From Paragordius varius (taxonomy: Eukaryota > Animalia > Nematomorpha): 64,000 nucleotides of DNA. The notes below the pieces were generated by a model. The model did no database searches. It was not told the DNA's origin and was given only the letters and a program-made list of their open reading frames with translations. The stretch lies in NCBI GenBank assembly GCA_964247055.1, contig OZ176054.1, forward strand, positions 6,386,001-6,450,000, in the 5' to 3' direction. The position numbers and the translations under genes are program-made. Shown piece by piece: positions 26,101-37,902 of this stretch; the first letter of the stretch is position 1; each line of letters begins with the position of its first letter.

Positions 26101-27413
26101 TATGGCCCCCTGCGAATCGTCGGATGTCATATCGGATTCCAAAAATTTACACACCCTTTATTTGTCAGGTATCATTAAACGATAATTGTTTTCGTTTGAT
26201 TTTTTAAATTAACCGAAAAAATATTTTAATTACTTTTTACATTTTTTACGAATTATATGTCATTTCAGTTTTTGCACACTCACATTTATACCCTTTAACA
26301 ATATATTACGTTGTATGTATATATATTAATATAACAACAGATATCCTATATAATAAAAAGTTAAATTTTCGATTCTTAAAATATAACGACTGATATAAGA
26401 ATCGCATTACATCTATCACCTATTTAACTTTATTTGTAAGGGATCGGAACCTTGATGTTGCAGTTCAAAACAATTCCAACATTTTTTGAATTTTAAACAA
26501 TTTAACATCCTGTTTTACTATACCATTTGCACTTCAAGAATGTTCTTAAACACATTAAGTTGGTCCTTTAACACATTAAGTTGGTTTTTGAACACTTCAA
26601 GTTGGTCTTTAGGACCATAATTTTTTCATGTATTTTTTTATTTTATTATTTTTTGACCTGATTTTCTTTATTTTATATATTTGTTCATATAAAAGAAATT
26701 TTTTTATATCAAAACCACTTTTTTGTTTCAATCTAATTTTTATTAATTTAACAAAGTTAGTTCCTTATAATTGTTTTTAATGAAAAATTGTTATTAATAA
26801 CCCAAACATATATATTTTTAAATTATGTGTTAAATTTATAAATATCTAAAATAAATTTTAGGAAATTAATAAAGATATACGGTTTTTGAATGATAAATTG
26901 ATATATTAATTTAAAGTAAGTTATTAAATTAAGAAAATAGGTATAAAATGATAAAATAGATGAATGTTACACGATTTGATTTATAAAAGTTAACAAAACA
27001 AAAAAGTTAAAGGTCCAGCTTGAAATGTTCAAGGACACTCTTGAAGTGCTGGTATCTTTTTGGAATATTAAAGTATCTACTTTTAAATTTTTAGCGAAAA
27101 TTACCACTTATGATTTAATTTTACAAATTAAACCGGAACCGAAATTTAATCCGTGCCGACATCAAACACGGTTTGTTTTAAAGCACCACCGTTAATTTAC
27201 CACTATTGTCTGTCTAAATCCTTTTTTTCGTACAAAACGTTAAAAAAATTGCATTTTTTTAAAATAGGTGTGTACCGTGGAAATCATGATGTTTTGGCCC
27301 GTATAAAGATTGTCGCTATGACTCAACAAGGAAGTTCTGGTGTCACCATAAATATGGTGGTTCGTAGTTCTGACCCTACTGCAGCTGAAGTCCTCATTTC
27401 TGCCATGGGATAA
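14878..27413 (+). CDS. COPG: Coatomer subunit gamma (gamma-COP), 26 exons, 982 aa
   Basis: Exons 14878-14917, 14942-14994, 15018-15098, 15126-15197, 15222-15301, 15332-15407, 15829-15921, 16279-16374, 16812-16928, 17295-17338, 17537-17650, 18234-18393, 19057-19172, 19502-19597, 20146-20297, 20682-20846, 21656-21856, 22520-22719, 23367-23508, 24075-24214, 24825-24966, 25194-25280, 25403-25500, 25720-25858, 26070-26168 and 27268-27413 total 2949 nt in frame. Motifs [62 protein letters not shown] and FLGMAPCE. Confidence 0.97.
16561..16725. mobile_element. Small palindromic CAGTA-ended MITE (family F) in COPG intron 8; second copy about 43850-44022
   Basis: Near-complete inverted repeat, TA on the right flank, and a clearly homologous copy abutting an aminopeptidase acceptor site. 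Confidence 0.6.
18469..18700. mobile_element. Small MITE-like inverted repeat (TATACGGACAAAA termini) in COPG intron 12
   Basis: TATACGGACAAAACGTAAAAA at the left and TTTTTACCTTTTGTCCGTATA at the right. Confidence 0.5.
21211..21434. mobile_element. Family C element (TACCAT...ATGGTA termini, subterminal AATTCACCC repeats)
   Basis: Termini shared with families A and B. Related copies at 55774-56657 and one ending at 52060. Confidence 0.55.
22360..22438 (-). mobile_element. tRNA-derived SINE-like head (degenerate), antisense in COPG intron 17
   Basis: Minus strand has an A-box-like TGGTATAGTAG and a B-box-like GAGTTAGAACC with tRNA-like spacing; no intact cloverleaf. Confidence 0.35.
23543..23784. 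mobile_element. hAT-like MITE (GGGGTGTC...GGACACTCCTG) in COPG intron 19
   Basis: Ends and internal CGCGGGCTGCA motif are shared with other hAT MITE fragments in the window; TSD not recovered. Confidence 0.45.
26521..27054. mobile_element. Family B foldback/MITE in COPG intron 25 (internal segment inverted relative to the other copies)
   Basis: TACCATTTGCACTTCAAG left terminus, 21-bp units, degenerate right end. Confidence 0.7.
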
Positions 27414-27680
27414 TAATCACAAACCACATTTAATTTTTTATGATGCTTTGATTTGTAAACTTTTTACAGCTACTTTGACTTTTAATTTAATTTTTTGGTA
27501 AGTTTAATAATAAATTACTGATATTTGTATGTTTTTTCGCATATATATTGATTTTCAAGTTAATTAAACGGAGTAAATATAATTTTATGGAAAAAGAGGA
27601 TATATTATTAAAATAGCCTTGATAAATGGTGTTAAAGGTAGGGGCAGACGATCCGTTTTTTAGTCGTTTGGTTGGGGAAA

Positions 27681-30600
27681 ATGAAATATAATCACGCTTT
27701 ATTTGAAAAGCATAACAAGGTAGATTGGAAAGTTATACATTTTGGACAATTTTGTCAGTCGTCTTTTCAAAAGGGAATCATATTTATTCAGGAGGAATTA
27801 GACAATTCATATCATGATAAAATCCTCAAAATTCAGTAAAACCATTGTTTTATTTAGAAAATTTGTAGAACACTTTCAAACCGCTTATGCATATCCAGAT
27901 CCAAAATATAATTCTTTTATTGTTATTACCAGAGTATTTTTAATTAATTTCTAGGACTCTTTGTTTAATGAACCAATGTTTCATGATTATTTAATAAAAC
28001 ATGCTTTAAAGGTTTTATTTTTATATATCCAGTACAATGATTTGTGTATACCGAATTGGGATGATATTATAATGGCTATAAAATTTACCCTTAATATTCG
28101 ATTGCGTCCTAGATGGGTAAAGTATGGAGATTTTTACATTGGTATATTTTAAAATAATATAAAGTTGATCGTGATATTTTTAGTCAAAATCGCTTATATG
28201 GATTTAGTATTTATTTATGTGGTAAAAAATACAGATTTTGCATTGAAATTTGAAGAAAATCAAATGTGTTTAGAATATGGAATTTATACATTAAAACCCT
28301 ATAATTTTAAAGTAATATTTACCTAATTATAAAAGTTAAGCGATATAAATATAGATCCTTGTCTTATAAAATCTTTTAACACAGACTCGGACACATACAT
28401 AGATGCTAAAGATATACCTCATAAAATGTGTTATGTTTTGCCCAGGTAATATTATGTTAATAAAAAGTATGAAAAAGGGATATATTATCGGAATTTCTCA
28501 TCGTCTATATGAATCAAACATAACCAAACAAAAATGTATGTTTAAAACCTATGACGAATTAAAAACTTATTGGAAAAAAATGGTATTTTCTTAAACTCTA
28601 TTATAAAGCGTGGTCCGTTTATATCTAATTTTTAAATATTAAAAGCTTAAGCAAATTAAGTGTTAAACTGGTTTTCCATAATATAAGCTCCGCCGATAGG
28701 CCAATATTTCCAAATTATCTTTTATTGTTGGCACCTTTAGTTCCAAATAGTAAGCCCATTATTCCGAGACATTTTTGGCCACTTTTGCCTATTTTCGGTT
28801 CCTTTAAGTCCTTATGGGTAGCTATAAGCTTGGAATGAATATCGCGTTTTAACCTATTTTTTCCCGCGCACCAAAAACTTTGAAACAGTTAAACCACTTT
28901 TCGCTTCTCATATCTAATGTTGAATAACTTAATTATTGTCCATATGGATTTAATCACGTATAAAACTTTAATTTGTGATATATTATACCAAAATTTCAAA
29001 TAAAATTAAATCCTCTTAATTGTCACGTAATATATAATAACGGCTTATTGCTCCTTAAAAATAAACGAATAACTATATAGGATCATCGGCATACACATAT
29101 TTCAAGCTTTTGTACTAATTATGTAAATTTCATATATTCATTATTAAAGACTTTTTACTTAAGATGAGACCTTCCAATAATTGCTAAAGGATATCTCTGA
29201 AAAGTCTTTACCGTTGTTGATTAAGATTAACACATTTGTTGCAGCAATTATTTATATCTAGTTGTTACTTTATATTCCATAAATCAGTAGTTCTAAAATT
29301 TATAAACATATTTTTCTCATTGTAAGGAAATATAGCCATGAAGCATTGGGAAGATTATTTTAACAAAATAAACTATTTCAGTTGTAAAAAATTGTTTAAT
29401 CAAGCGGCTAATATAATAATTTAAATTTCATTTCATTGTAAACATCCATTTTCGCCAATATTTTAGCCGAGTCTAAATTTTTCAAGTACAAACATAAACT
29501 AATTCTTTTATATATTAAAATTACTGCATAAAGTAATAAAATAATATTGTATTTACAAGCGTGCCCCAAAACATATTAATTTCTTAATTAGTTATTTGCT
29601 AAATTATATAATTGCAAATCAGTATAATTACGATTTGGCTGCTGGAACAACATGTAATGATCAAGAGGACATCTTTTACGTTCATGTAAATTTTGGACGA
29701 TTCAACCCAACCGTATTTTGGTTTTATTTAATTTCCAATCAAAAACGCCTAATATTAAAAAACACAGTTTAATTTAAGGAAATATAACTTAAACACCGGC
29801 TTAAATTTTTTGCAAATATCAATTGTAACCGTTATTTTTGCTATGCGATAATTTGATTGATAATGAAATAAATGGTACCAGAAATTTTAAACCAGATTTT
29901 CCTAAAAATTTGTCGTAATCATACAAAGTATTGTTAGGCCAGTATCTTTTTTTAACACAACTATAGTATTTTTTGGATCTAATGAAAAAGTTAATTAAAC
30001 ATAAACTTAGCGTACGGATTTCTAAGCACTTAAGATTTATTTATTGGGGCATCAAATGAATTGTAAATATAAAATAAAATACGAATCTAAAAATTGATGA
30101 ATTAGCTACCCCTCAATATGTGTTCATTCAAGACCCATGACAGTTATACCGAAAAAAATAAGTGAATGCAATTCTACAGCCACAGTGCTATGCAATATGT
30201 TTGAACAGGATGTTAAAAGAATTTTATCAATCCTTTCTGATCAAATTGAATGTGATGGGGTATTTTTATCCAAATATATTTATAATTGTAATAACATCAA
30301 CCGAAAAAATGTAATATTTTATTGACTAATAAAAATAATTGATAATTTCACTATCTTTTTCTGAGGAGAGCATATACCAAATATAGCCGATAATTTAAAA
30401 TTCAATAATATTTCTTAAGCATAAATACCAATATTTCATAATGTTTCTTAATTAAAATGTAACATAATTTCAGAATTCGCCCTTGTTGAAAATTCAGAAA
30501 TACGCATTTTCTAAACAATTAACAACAATTGACAGTAAAAGTGAGATTGATCATTCGCCAATATATTCACAAATATCAAGCGATATGAAATTAATCTCGA

Positions 30601-33395
30601 AATCGCCTATCACACTGACCTCGACGACTGCAGAGAAACTAAAATATTGTCCAATCTTTAAGCAACAACAACAACAAATGTCAGTATTAGAAAGTGAAAA
30701 TGGTGATAACAAAATCAAAGTTGTGGAAAGAATAATACCAACATTCCAACCCAAAGCCAAGCCTGAATCAATACATATCAAAGAGAAGTTGAATACTGAT
30801 CCCTCAAAAAATATTGTTGTAAATAAGGATTCAATAAAAGATAATAAAGTTACACAGCAAATCAAACTTTCAAAAAATGATTTGATGGCAAAACTAAAAA
30901 ATATTAGCCAGGAATGGAACCCAAAATCTTCTCAGTCCACTAAAATGGCAAAAACCAAATGTTCAAAAAAAGTTCTCAAAACGGATGATTCAATCATTTC
31001 AAAAACTGTATGAAATTTATATTTTTCTGGAATTTTGTCTTTGATTATTATTAATATTATTTTTAAAGTTATGTTATTATTTATGAAACAATCCTAAAAT
31101 ATTGGTAAAAATGATGAAGTTTATTTATGTCTATTCTACTCTTATTTAATTTTATCAAGGAACAGGAAAAATCCATTTTGAATGAATCAATTTTATTGGC
31201 CAAAAACATAGATGAAAGTGGTTACGTGTCGTTTTATGAACCTAGTATCCTTGATTCTACTCAAACCGCTATAGATATCGACACAAGTTTGATTGCAAAA
31301 ACTAAAGCAAACCCTCAAAAGCGGAACGAAAAATTGTCACAAACTCCTTTAAACAGTGGTATTCTAAATGTGACAAAATTAATAGAATTGGGCCATTTTG
31401 AATTGGTGAGCATATTTAAAATAATAATTTAGATTTAATTAAGCCAATCGATTATTATATATATGTTTACTTTTACTAAATATTCATATATGATCGCCTT
31501 ATGAAATACGTAATTTATATAGATTTGAGAGTTTAGATTTAAATTGGCGACGTATTTAATATGTAAACTGTCAAAACATTGTTAAAGTTTAAATATCAAT
31601 GTATCTTAAATGAGTTATATAAAGTTTTCCCAACAATATTATAACCAGGGGTGGCCGAAGGTCGAACGCGAGATTTTAAAACGTGACCCCTTGAAAATTT
31701 TTAAAAAAATGCAAAAAATATTTTGCATATATTATTTCTCCACAAAATCATAATTATTTTTCCTAATTTATTTTTATTTTGCGTTTAAAAAAATTTACTT
31801 GTTAAATTTATATTGATTAAGTAAATTTATTATTTTATTAATATTTGTGATATCGAAAATATTTATTTAGCAAAAAACCAAAAACAGGTATCCTTTATAT
31901 TTATATTTTAGTATGAAATTTAAGCCAGAAAAATGGTAAAATATATCGTTATAGAAATGAATGGGAAAAAGACTGTTTTTTTATAATTAAATGATAAATA
32001 TACTTGTCTGATATTTAAATCCACCTTGGCTTTGCCTAAAACAGCAAATGTCCAAGGAAACTACGCTTCACATGAAATATCAAAAATACAATTCAGATAT
32101 TCTCAAATTAAAAATCAAGCTATTGAAAGAGCAAAATATTCAGAAATACTGCATTGTATATGCAGCAAAATTTTAAAAATCCAAATTGCAAGTTACAAAA
32201 TATCACAAATCCTAATAAAAAACAACAAATCTTTTATGACAGAGAAATTAAAACGAATCTATATTAAAGCTTTTAACGTGCTGCTCACCAATTATAAAGA
32301 CAAAAAGAATATTATGGAATCTATAAAATGCTTAAAAACATTATGGGGAAAGGTGATGGTCATTATTAAAATCTTACCAAAATATTACATATTTTTAAAA
32401 GCAAAATTTTAGAGGCCAAATAGAAAACTGATTCAAATTACTGTTTTTTAATTGTTTTAATGTACATATCGCATCCCAAAGCAGGATCAAGAAGTGATTT
32501 AGATCTTTCACTGTAAAATAGATGATTTATAGTAAAATTTGTCTTGATCGTTCTGTAAATGCAGCACGACATAACCATCTTACATCTGTATTAATCAGTT
32601 AGTTCACTATGTCAACACCGATTCCTTTTATAAAAACTGCGGCGCGAAACTCTTTACGATTTGCTGGAATTTACTATCTTGTAGCATATGTCCATTATTT
32701 ATAACCTGCAGTAATCCATAAAACCTGGTAAATTATAATATTTGCCAAAAGCTATAAAGCCATTTGTTACTCAATCATCTAAAATCCGTCACAAGATTGA
32801 CAGTTAATTATCGATAGTAAAATCAATAAATTGAATATATAAACGTTTTAGTAATTGCACTGATTGTGGCAAGATGTCTTCTGAATCAACATTATTATCG
32901 TATTTTGATAAAATAAAAAATTATTCAAAATAATTATTTTTTATTATATATATTCTAAAATGGCCTCTCCTAGTCACCCCAATAGATAACTTGAGACATA
33001 TATTTGCACCATTTGTGTTGAAGTGTAATACTTTATATTCATATGTGGCAGCGTGAAATTTTCTCCCAATAAAGTCGCTCGCAGGAAAAAAAGGTTGACC
33101 ACCCCTGATTATAACATAAATTATCGCTTGAATGTCTATGGATAACGAAATGTTTTACCTTTTTTGTCTAGCTGCAACCATATAATTTATAATTATAATG
33201 TAACATTTTAGTAATATTAATTATAATAATAACCGATAATTAACACAAATTATAATATACCGAAAATTTTGTTTGTAGTTGAACAAGGTCCCAATAACAA
33301 CTCTCAAACAATGGTTGAAATCAAAAGGAGTAAAAGGATACACCAAGTTCAGTAAACAACAAGCAATAGATAAAATAATTGCCGATTCTAAATGA
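27681..33395 (+). CDS. C18orf63: C18orf63 homolog (DUF4708 domain plus C-terminal SAP-like helix motif), 13 exons, about 629 aa; start codon tentative
   Basis: Exons 27681-27835, 27858-27933, 27955-28011, 28033-28141, 28165-28206, 28235-28311, 28336-28445, 28468-28582, 29623-29720, 30106-30259, 30474-31007, 31160-31405 and 33279-33395 total 1890 nt in frame. RLRPRWVKYG, CYVLPSMKKGYII, FKTYDELKTYWKKMYNY, FCYPSIC and TLKQWLKSKGV match recalled C18orf63 motifs (RLAPAWNRTG, CYVLPSMKMGQII, FTYPLSC). Confidence 0.85.
28615..29500 (-). mobile_element. Decayed LINE RT fragment, antisense in C18orf63 intron 8
   Basis: KYVYADD at about 29085-29105, an upstream GLILS motif, and a downstream GTK-GA motif resembling jockey/CR1-like post-RT sequence; many stops. 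Confidence 0.55.
31646..33107 (+). mobile_element. Internally deleted hAT transposon (GTF2IRD2/SPIN/Charlie-like transposase remnant) in the last intron of C18orf63
   Basis: TIR CAGGGGTGG(C/T)C. Perfect 8-bp TSD ATTATAAC at 31638-31645 and 33108-33115. Internal NEWEKD..LNDKYTCLI..STLALPK (BED-like) and ASYKISQILIKNNKSF (ORF 32026-32412). Confidence 0.85.
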
Positions 33396-33529
33396 CCTAT
33401 TGAATTAATGAATAAATGCAACGAATGCTGATTCCTTTTTGGAATTTGATTATTTACTTGTATATTATATATTTAAATTTTTACGTATGATTTACTAAGA
33501 CTAGGGAAAATAATAAAATTAACAACATA

Positions 33530-34240
33530 TACCATTTGTACTTCAAGAGTGTCCTTGAACAATTCAAGTTGGTCCTTGAACAATTCAAGTTGGTCCTTGA
33601 ACAATTCAAGTTGGTCCTTGAACATTTTACGTTGGTCCTTGAACACTTCAAGTTGGTCCTTTAACTTTTTTGTTTTGTTTTTAACTTTTATCAATCAAAT
33701 CGTAAATAATTCATCTATTTTATTGTTTTTAACCTATTTTCTATTATTTAACATAAATTTTAAATCGATATCAACTTTTAATCTTTGAAAAACCGTATAT
33801 CTTTATTAATTTCTTAAAATCATTTTGGATATTTATATTTAACACGAAATGAAAAAATTATAAGTTTTCTGGGTTATTAATTAAAAATTTTCATTAAAAA
33901 CATTTAAAAGTCAATAATTTTGATCAATTGAAAAAAAAATAGTTTGAAACAAAAAAGTGGTTTTTAAATAAAAATTTTTATTTTTAAATGAATAAATATA
34001 TAATAAATAAAGAAAATTAGGTTAATAAATAATAAAATAAAAAAATAAATGCAAAAATTATGGTTAAAATCAAAATTTATAAATTTTAAGGACCAACTTG
34101 AAATGTTCAAAGACCAACTTGAAATGTTCAAGGACCAACTTGAACTGTTCAAGGACCAACTTGAATTGTTCAAGGACCAACTTGAATAGTTCAAGGACCA
34201 ACTTGAACTGTTCAAGGACACTCTTGAAGTGCAAATGGTA
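33530..34240. mobile_element. Family B foldback/MITE, longest 21-bp arrays
   Basis: Termini TACCATTTG...GCAAATGGTA flanked by TA. It generates the spurious repetitive ORFs at 33473-34270. Confidence 0.85.
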
Positions 34241-35344
34241 TATTACAACTATTTTTTCATAAAATTTCAACCTGGAAAATATAATTATTATTCAATTTCG
34301 CACCTCCTAAAGCAATAATTTTAACGAGAAAAAAGGGGGATTAGGCTAAAAAATGGATAAATTATTTAGCTTATATTTAATTAAACCCGATTATGGACAA
34401 TGTACCTTAAAAATTCATCGAAATCTTTACGATAATTTTAAAATGTTGAAACTAGCAAAACCCCAATTAAGCTTTCTATGGAAAAATTCACATAATTTTT
34501 AACATCTTTCCAATATAATTAAATTTAATAGATATTATGCAAAAAAATTGATGATAAGTGGTTTATCACATTTTTTTTCATTTATTTTAATTGTTGGTCG
34601 TATTTTTTGGATCATAGGCCTAAAATATCTAAAATTTTAGTCTCCAACCGCAGAAATGTATCTCGAATTCGTTCACTCTAATAATTATATATTGAATCTA
34701 TAACAAAGGTGTCCACATACCCAAAAAAATTTTAGGCCCGCAAAAATTTTGGAAAAAACCATTTATATAAAACATTTTTAAAGAGAATATATAATTATAA
34801 TATTTTGATTATTTTTTATTAATTTATTATATACTAAACGATTATTAGCACGCTTGATTCGGTAAAGAGTTATTTAGAACCCTTTAAATATTTATATATA
34901 TCACATACCCTTAAATTGTATTTTGACTATGAGTTTGAAGTAAAATAAAATTTAAAATACTACAAACCACTGCAAGATTAAAAAAATTTATAAAAAAAAA
35001 TTTCACATTTTCCGAGGTATAAAACTACTTTAGTAATCGACTATAAAAAAATAAGGAAATTGTAATGAAGTGTTATTTTTCCTTAATTAGTTTTATACCC
35101 TAAAGTTAAAATAAAAATATCTTGAAAGGTATATTAGGAAAATTAATATTTTATAGACTTTTAGGCGCATGATTTAAAAAAACTTTTGTAAAAGCAAATT
35201 TATAAAAAATATCTCAAACTTTTTCGCTCCCTAATTTTCTTTTTTGTTGATACTTCAGGAAAATAATTGAGTGTTAGGGTTAAAAAGTGTATATTAACTC
35301 AGGTAATATAAGCAAACTTTTCAAATTTATTGATTTCTAAATTA

Positions 35345-37372
35345 ACATCTGGATAACACATTCATTTCAGTTCTCCAAATCATATTGGGGATCCCAGCCC
35401 TGTTTAAATCAAATATTACAAAAATATGGAACAAATTAAAACCATTGCAAAAGTTTCCACGTATATATACCATTTCCCAGTCTAAATAAACGTTTTCCCA
35501 GTCAATCGAAACATTTTCCCAGTCAATCGAAACGTTTTCCCAGTCAATCGAAACATTTGCCCAGTCAATCGAAACGTTTTCCCAGTCAATCGAAACGTTT
35601 TCCCAGTCAATCGAAACGTTTTCCCAGTCAATAAAAACGGTTTAATATTTGTAGATAAATAAAACAAGATAGAAAAATAACTTTTAACCATTATCAGCGT
35701 AATATTAGGATATTATTTTTTATAAAATCACAATTATTAAATGACAATATTTCCTATATATTCCAATACCCAATCCCTAATAATTTATTCTTTAAAAGCT
35801 AGATTTTATTAACTGGAAGAATATTTTATGGTTTTTAAGTATTTTTAAGAAAATATTTAATAATTTTTTTATTTTATCTATGGTTCGCATTAATATTCGA
35901 GGCTAACTTTTAAAGTGTAAAGTTACGGATAATAAAATTTATAAAAGTATACTTTCTCAAATTGGTTATTTAACGCTTCAAATTGGATCATAAACATGTC
36001 GAATTGTGTATAAAAATACTGTCCGAAAAAATCTAAACAAAACATGGTTTCAAATATGTTTTTCATTTAAAAATATTTCATGAAAAAGGATATTCTAACA
36101 TTCGCGGGCCGCATTTTTAACTCAAAAAGCACGGCGTTCCGCATTCGTATTATATAAGGACATTCATAAATAATTTATTCGATCTTAGACACATGACTGT
36201 AAAGTACAAACACACTATATTATTTTTAATTCGTTGCCAATTTTATAGGCTCATTCAGAATAATAGCGTAAGAAATATGAATTTTACTAAGATTTTGTGG
36301 GCATATTTTTGCATTGGATTTCCAAATTTTTCGCGGGCCGCACAAAGATTCGGAAGGCCGCCTTAACGATAAATATAAAAAATTGGGTAAAATTTATGTT
36401 TAAGACCCAATATGAAGTGTTAAATGACCTTTGAGATAAAAATGGTATATTTTATAAATTTTATTATCCGTAACTATAGACTTTAACAGTTAGCCTCGAA
36501 TATTAATGCGAACCATCGATAAAATAAAAAAATTATTAAATATTTTCTTAAAAATACTTAATAACCATAAAATATTTTGCCAGTTTATAAAATATAGCTT
36601 TTAAAGAATAAATTATTAATGATTGTGTATTGAAATATATAGAAAATATTTTCATTCAATAATTGTTAATTCATAAAAAATAATATCCTTATATTACGCT
36701 GATAATAACTAAAAGTTATTTTTCCTTGTTTTGATACTTATCATCAAAAATTAAACCGTTTTTATTGACTGGGAAAACGTTTTTATTGACTGAAAAAACG
36801 TTTTTATTGATTGGGAAAATGTTTCAATTGACTGGGAAAATGTTTCGATTGACTGGGAAAACGTTTCGATTGACTGGGAAAATGTTTCGATTGACTGGGA
36901 AAACGTTTCGATTGATTGGGAAAATGTTTTGATAGACTGGGAAAACGTTTATTTAGACTGGGAAATGGTATAACATTGATGCACCAAAATATAAAAAAAC
37001 ATTTATTTAAAAAACTTGGTATCACTTGTAAAAATTTAGCCAACATGTCTTAGATTAGATAAATATAAAAATACAAACTAAACCATATTTGTGCTTATAT
37101 TAATTTTAGATATAATTATTAAAAAACTAACTTTTATTTAGCGTTAAAATCAAAAAACATCATATTTTGCAAAAATATTGTAAAATAAAAATGGCGTCAA
37201 AGCACTTTTATATAAGGAGATTATTGAAACTAAATTTTAATTAAATATTTTGGCTCATTTACATATTTGTTATGATAGAAGCATAAATTTAAAATGTAAC
37301 CTTCACAACTAGTTTATTATATAAATTAAAATATAGTTAGGGGCTTTGGTACTCCCAATTTCAATCGAAGTG
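35345..37372 (+). mobile_element. Older piggyBac-like MITE copy split by the family A insertion
   Basis: Degenerate left end at 35345 and right end GAAGTG|TTAA at 37372. The flanks of the family A element rejoin to the MITE consensus CACTTATATAACATT. Confidence 0.65.
35468..36970. mobile_element. Family A foldback element (1.5 kb) with about 530-bp inverted arms carrying 21-bp arrays (TTTTCCCAGTCAATCGAAACG)
   Basis: Termini TACCATTTCCCAG...CTGGGAAATGGTA. Arms about 35468-35998 and 36392-36970. TA (or TATA) duplication demonstrable from the host MITE consensus. Confidence 0.85.
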
Positions 37373-37902
37373 TTAAGCGTTATATCGTGTTTTGGAGCTA
37401 TTCGAATTATGTCCAAAAATTTTAAACCCTAAAAATTATCTTGTTATCACAGGAGAACTAGATCACATAAGTTTATTAGTGGAAGGTTTTGGATAAAACA
37501 CGTCATCTTCACAAAAAAGCAATGATGGGTTAAAGTGTGAATAATGAATTTCGTAATTATAAAAATTGCATAAATGATTAACACATGCCTTTTCACTATT
37601 TTTCCGCGATGACATATTGGAGTAGTATATCATAGAGCTCAATAGTGTAAATAAACTACTGTTTTTAAATTTAATTTAGCCAAAACTATATTATCAAACA
37701 TAATTCTCCTGTATTAGATAAATTGTATTTTACAGTTTTATACTGGAGTCTCTAATTGGGATATTTCCAGAACACGATTGATATAAACAGTTGAATTTAA
37801 AATCACTAAATATCATTTCGCAGATAATATGCAGTCTTAAAGATTACTATAATTATTATTTTTTAACTATATTATTATATATCCTATTATAAGCGATATT
37901 AA

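Noticed and set aside
30551-30865. 104-aa minus-strand ORF
   Set aside because: Antisense shadow of C18orf63 exon 11.
33473-34270. Repetitive ORFs (KDQLELF..., SSWSLNN...) and CRISPR-like appearance
   Set aside because: These are translations of 21-bp tandem units in family B. There are no unique spacers and the context is eukaryotic.
34570-34762. Possible small minus-strand gene (MVFSKIFAGLKFFW|SERIRDTFLR...)
   Set aside because: The first exon coincides with a hAT-MITE end (AGGTGTCCA...GGCCCGCAAAAA). There is no recognisable homology and no consistent terminal exon.
35482-37046. ORFs TGKTFRL... and SQSKRFP...
   Set aside because: Artefacts of the family A 21-bp arrays, which are stop-free multiples of 3.
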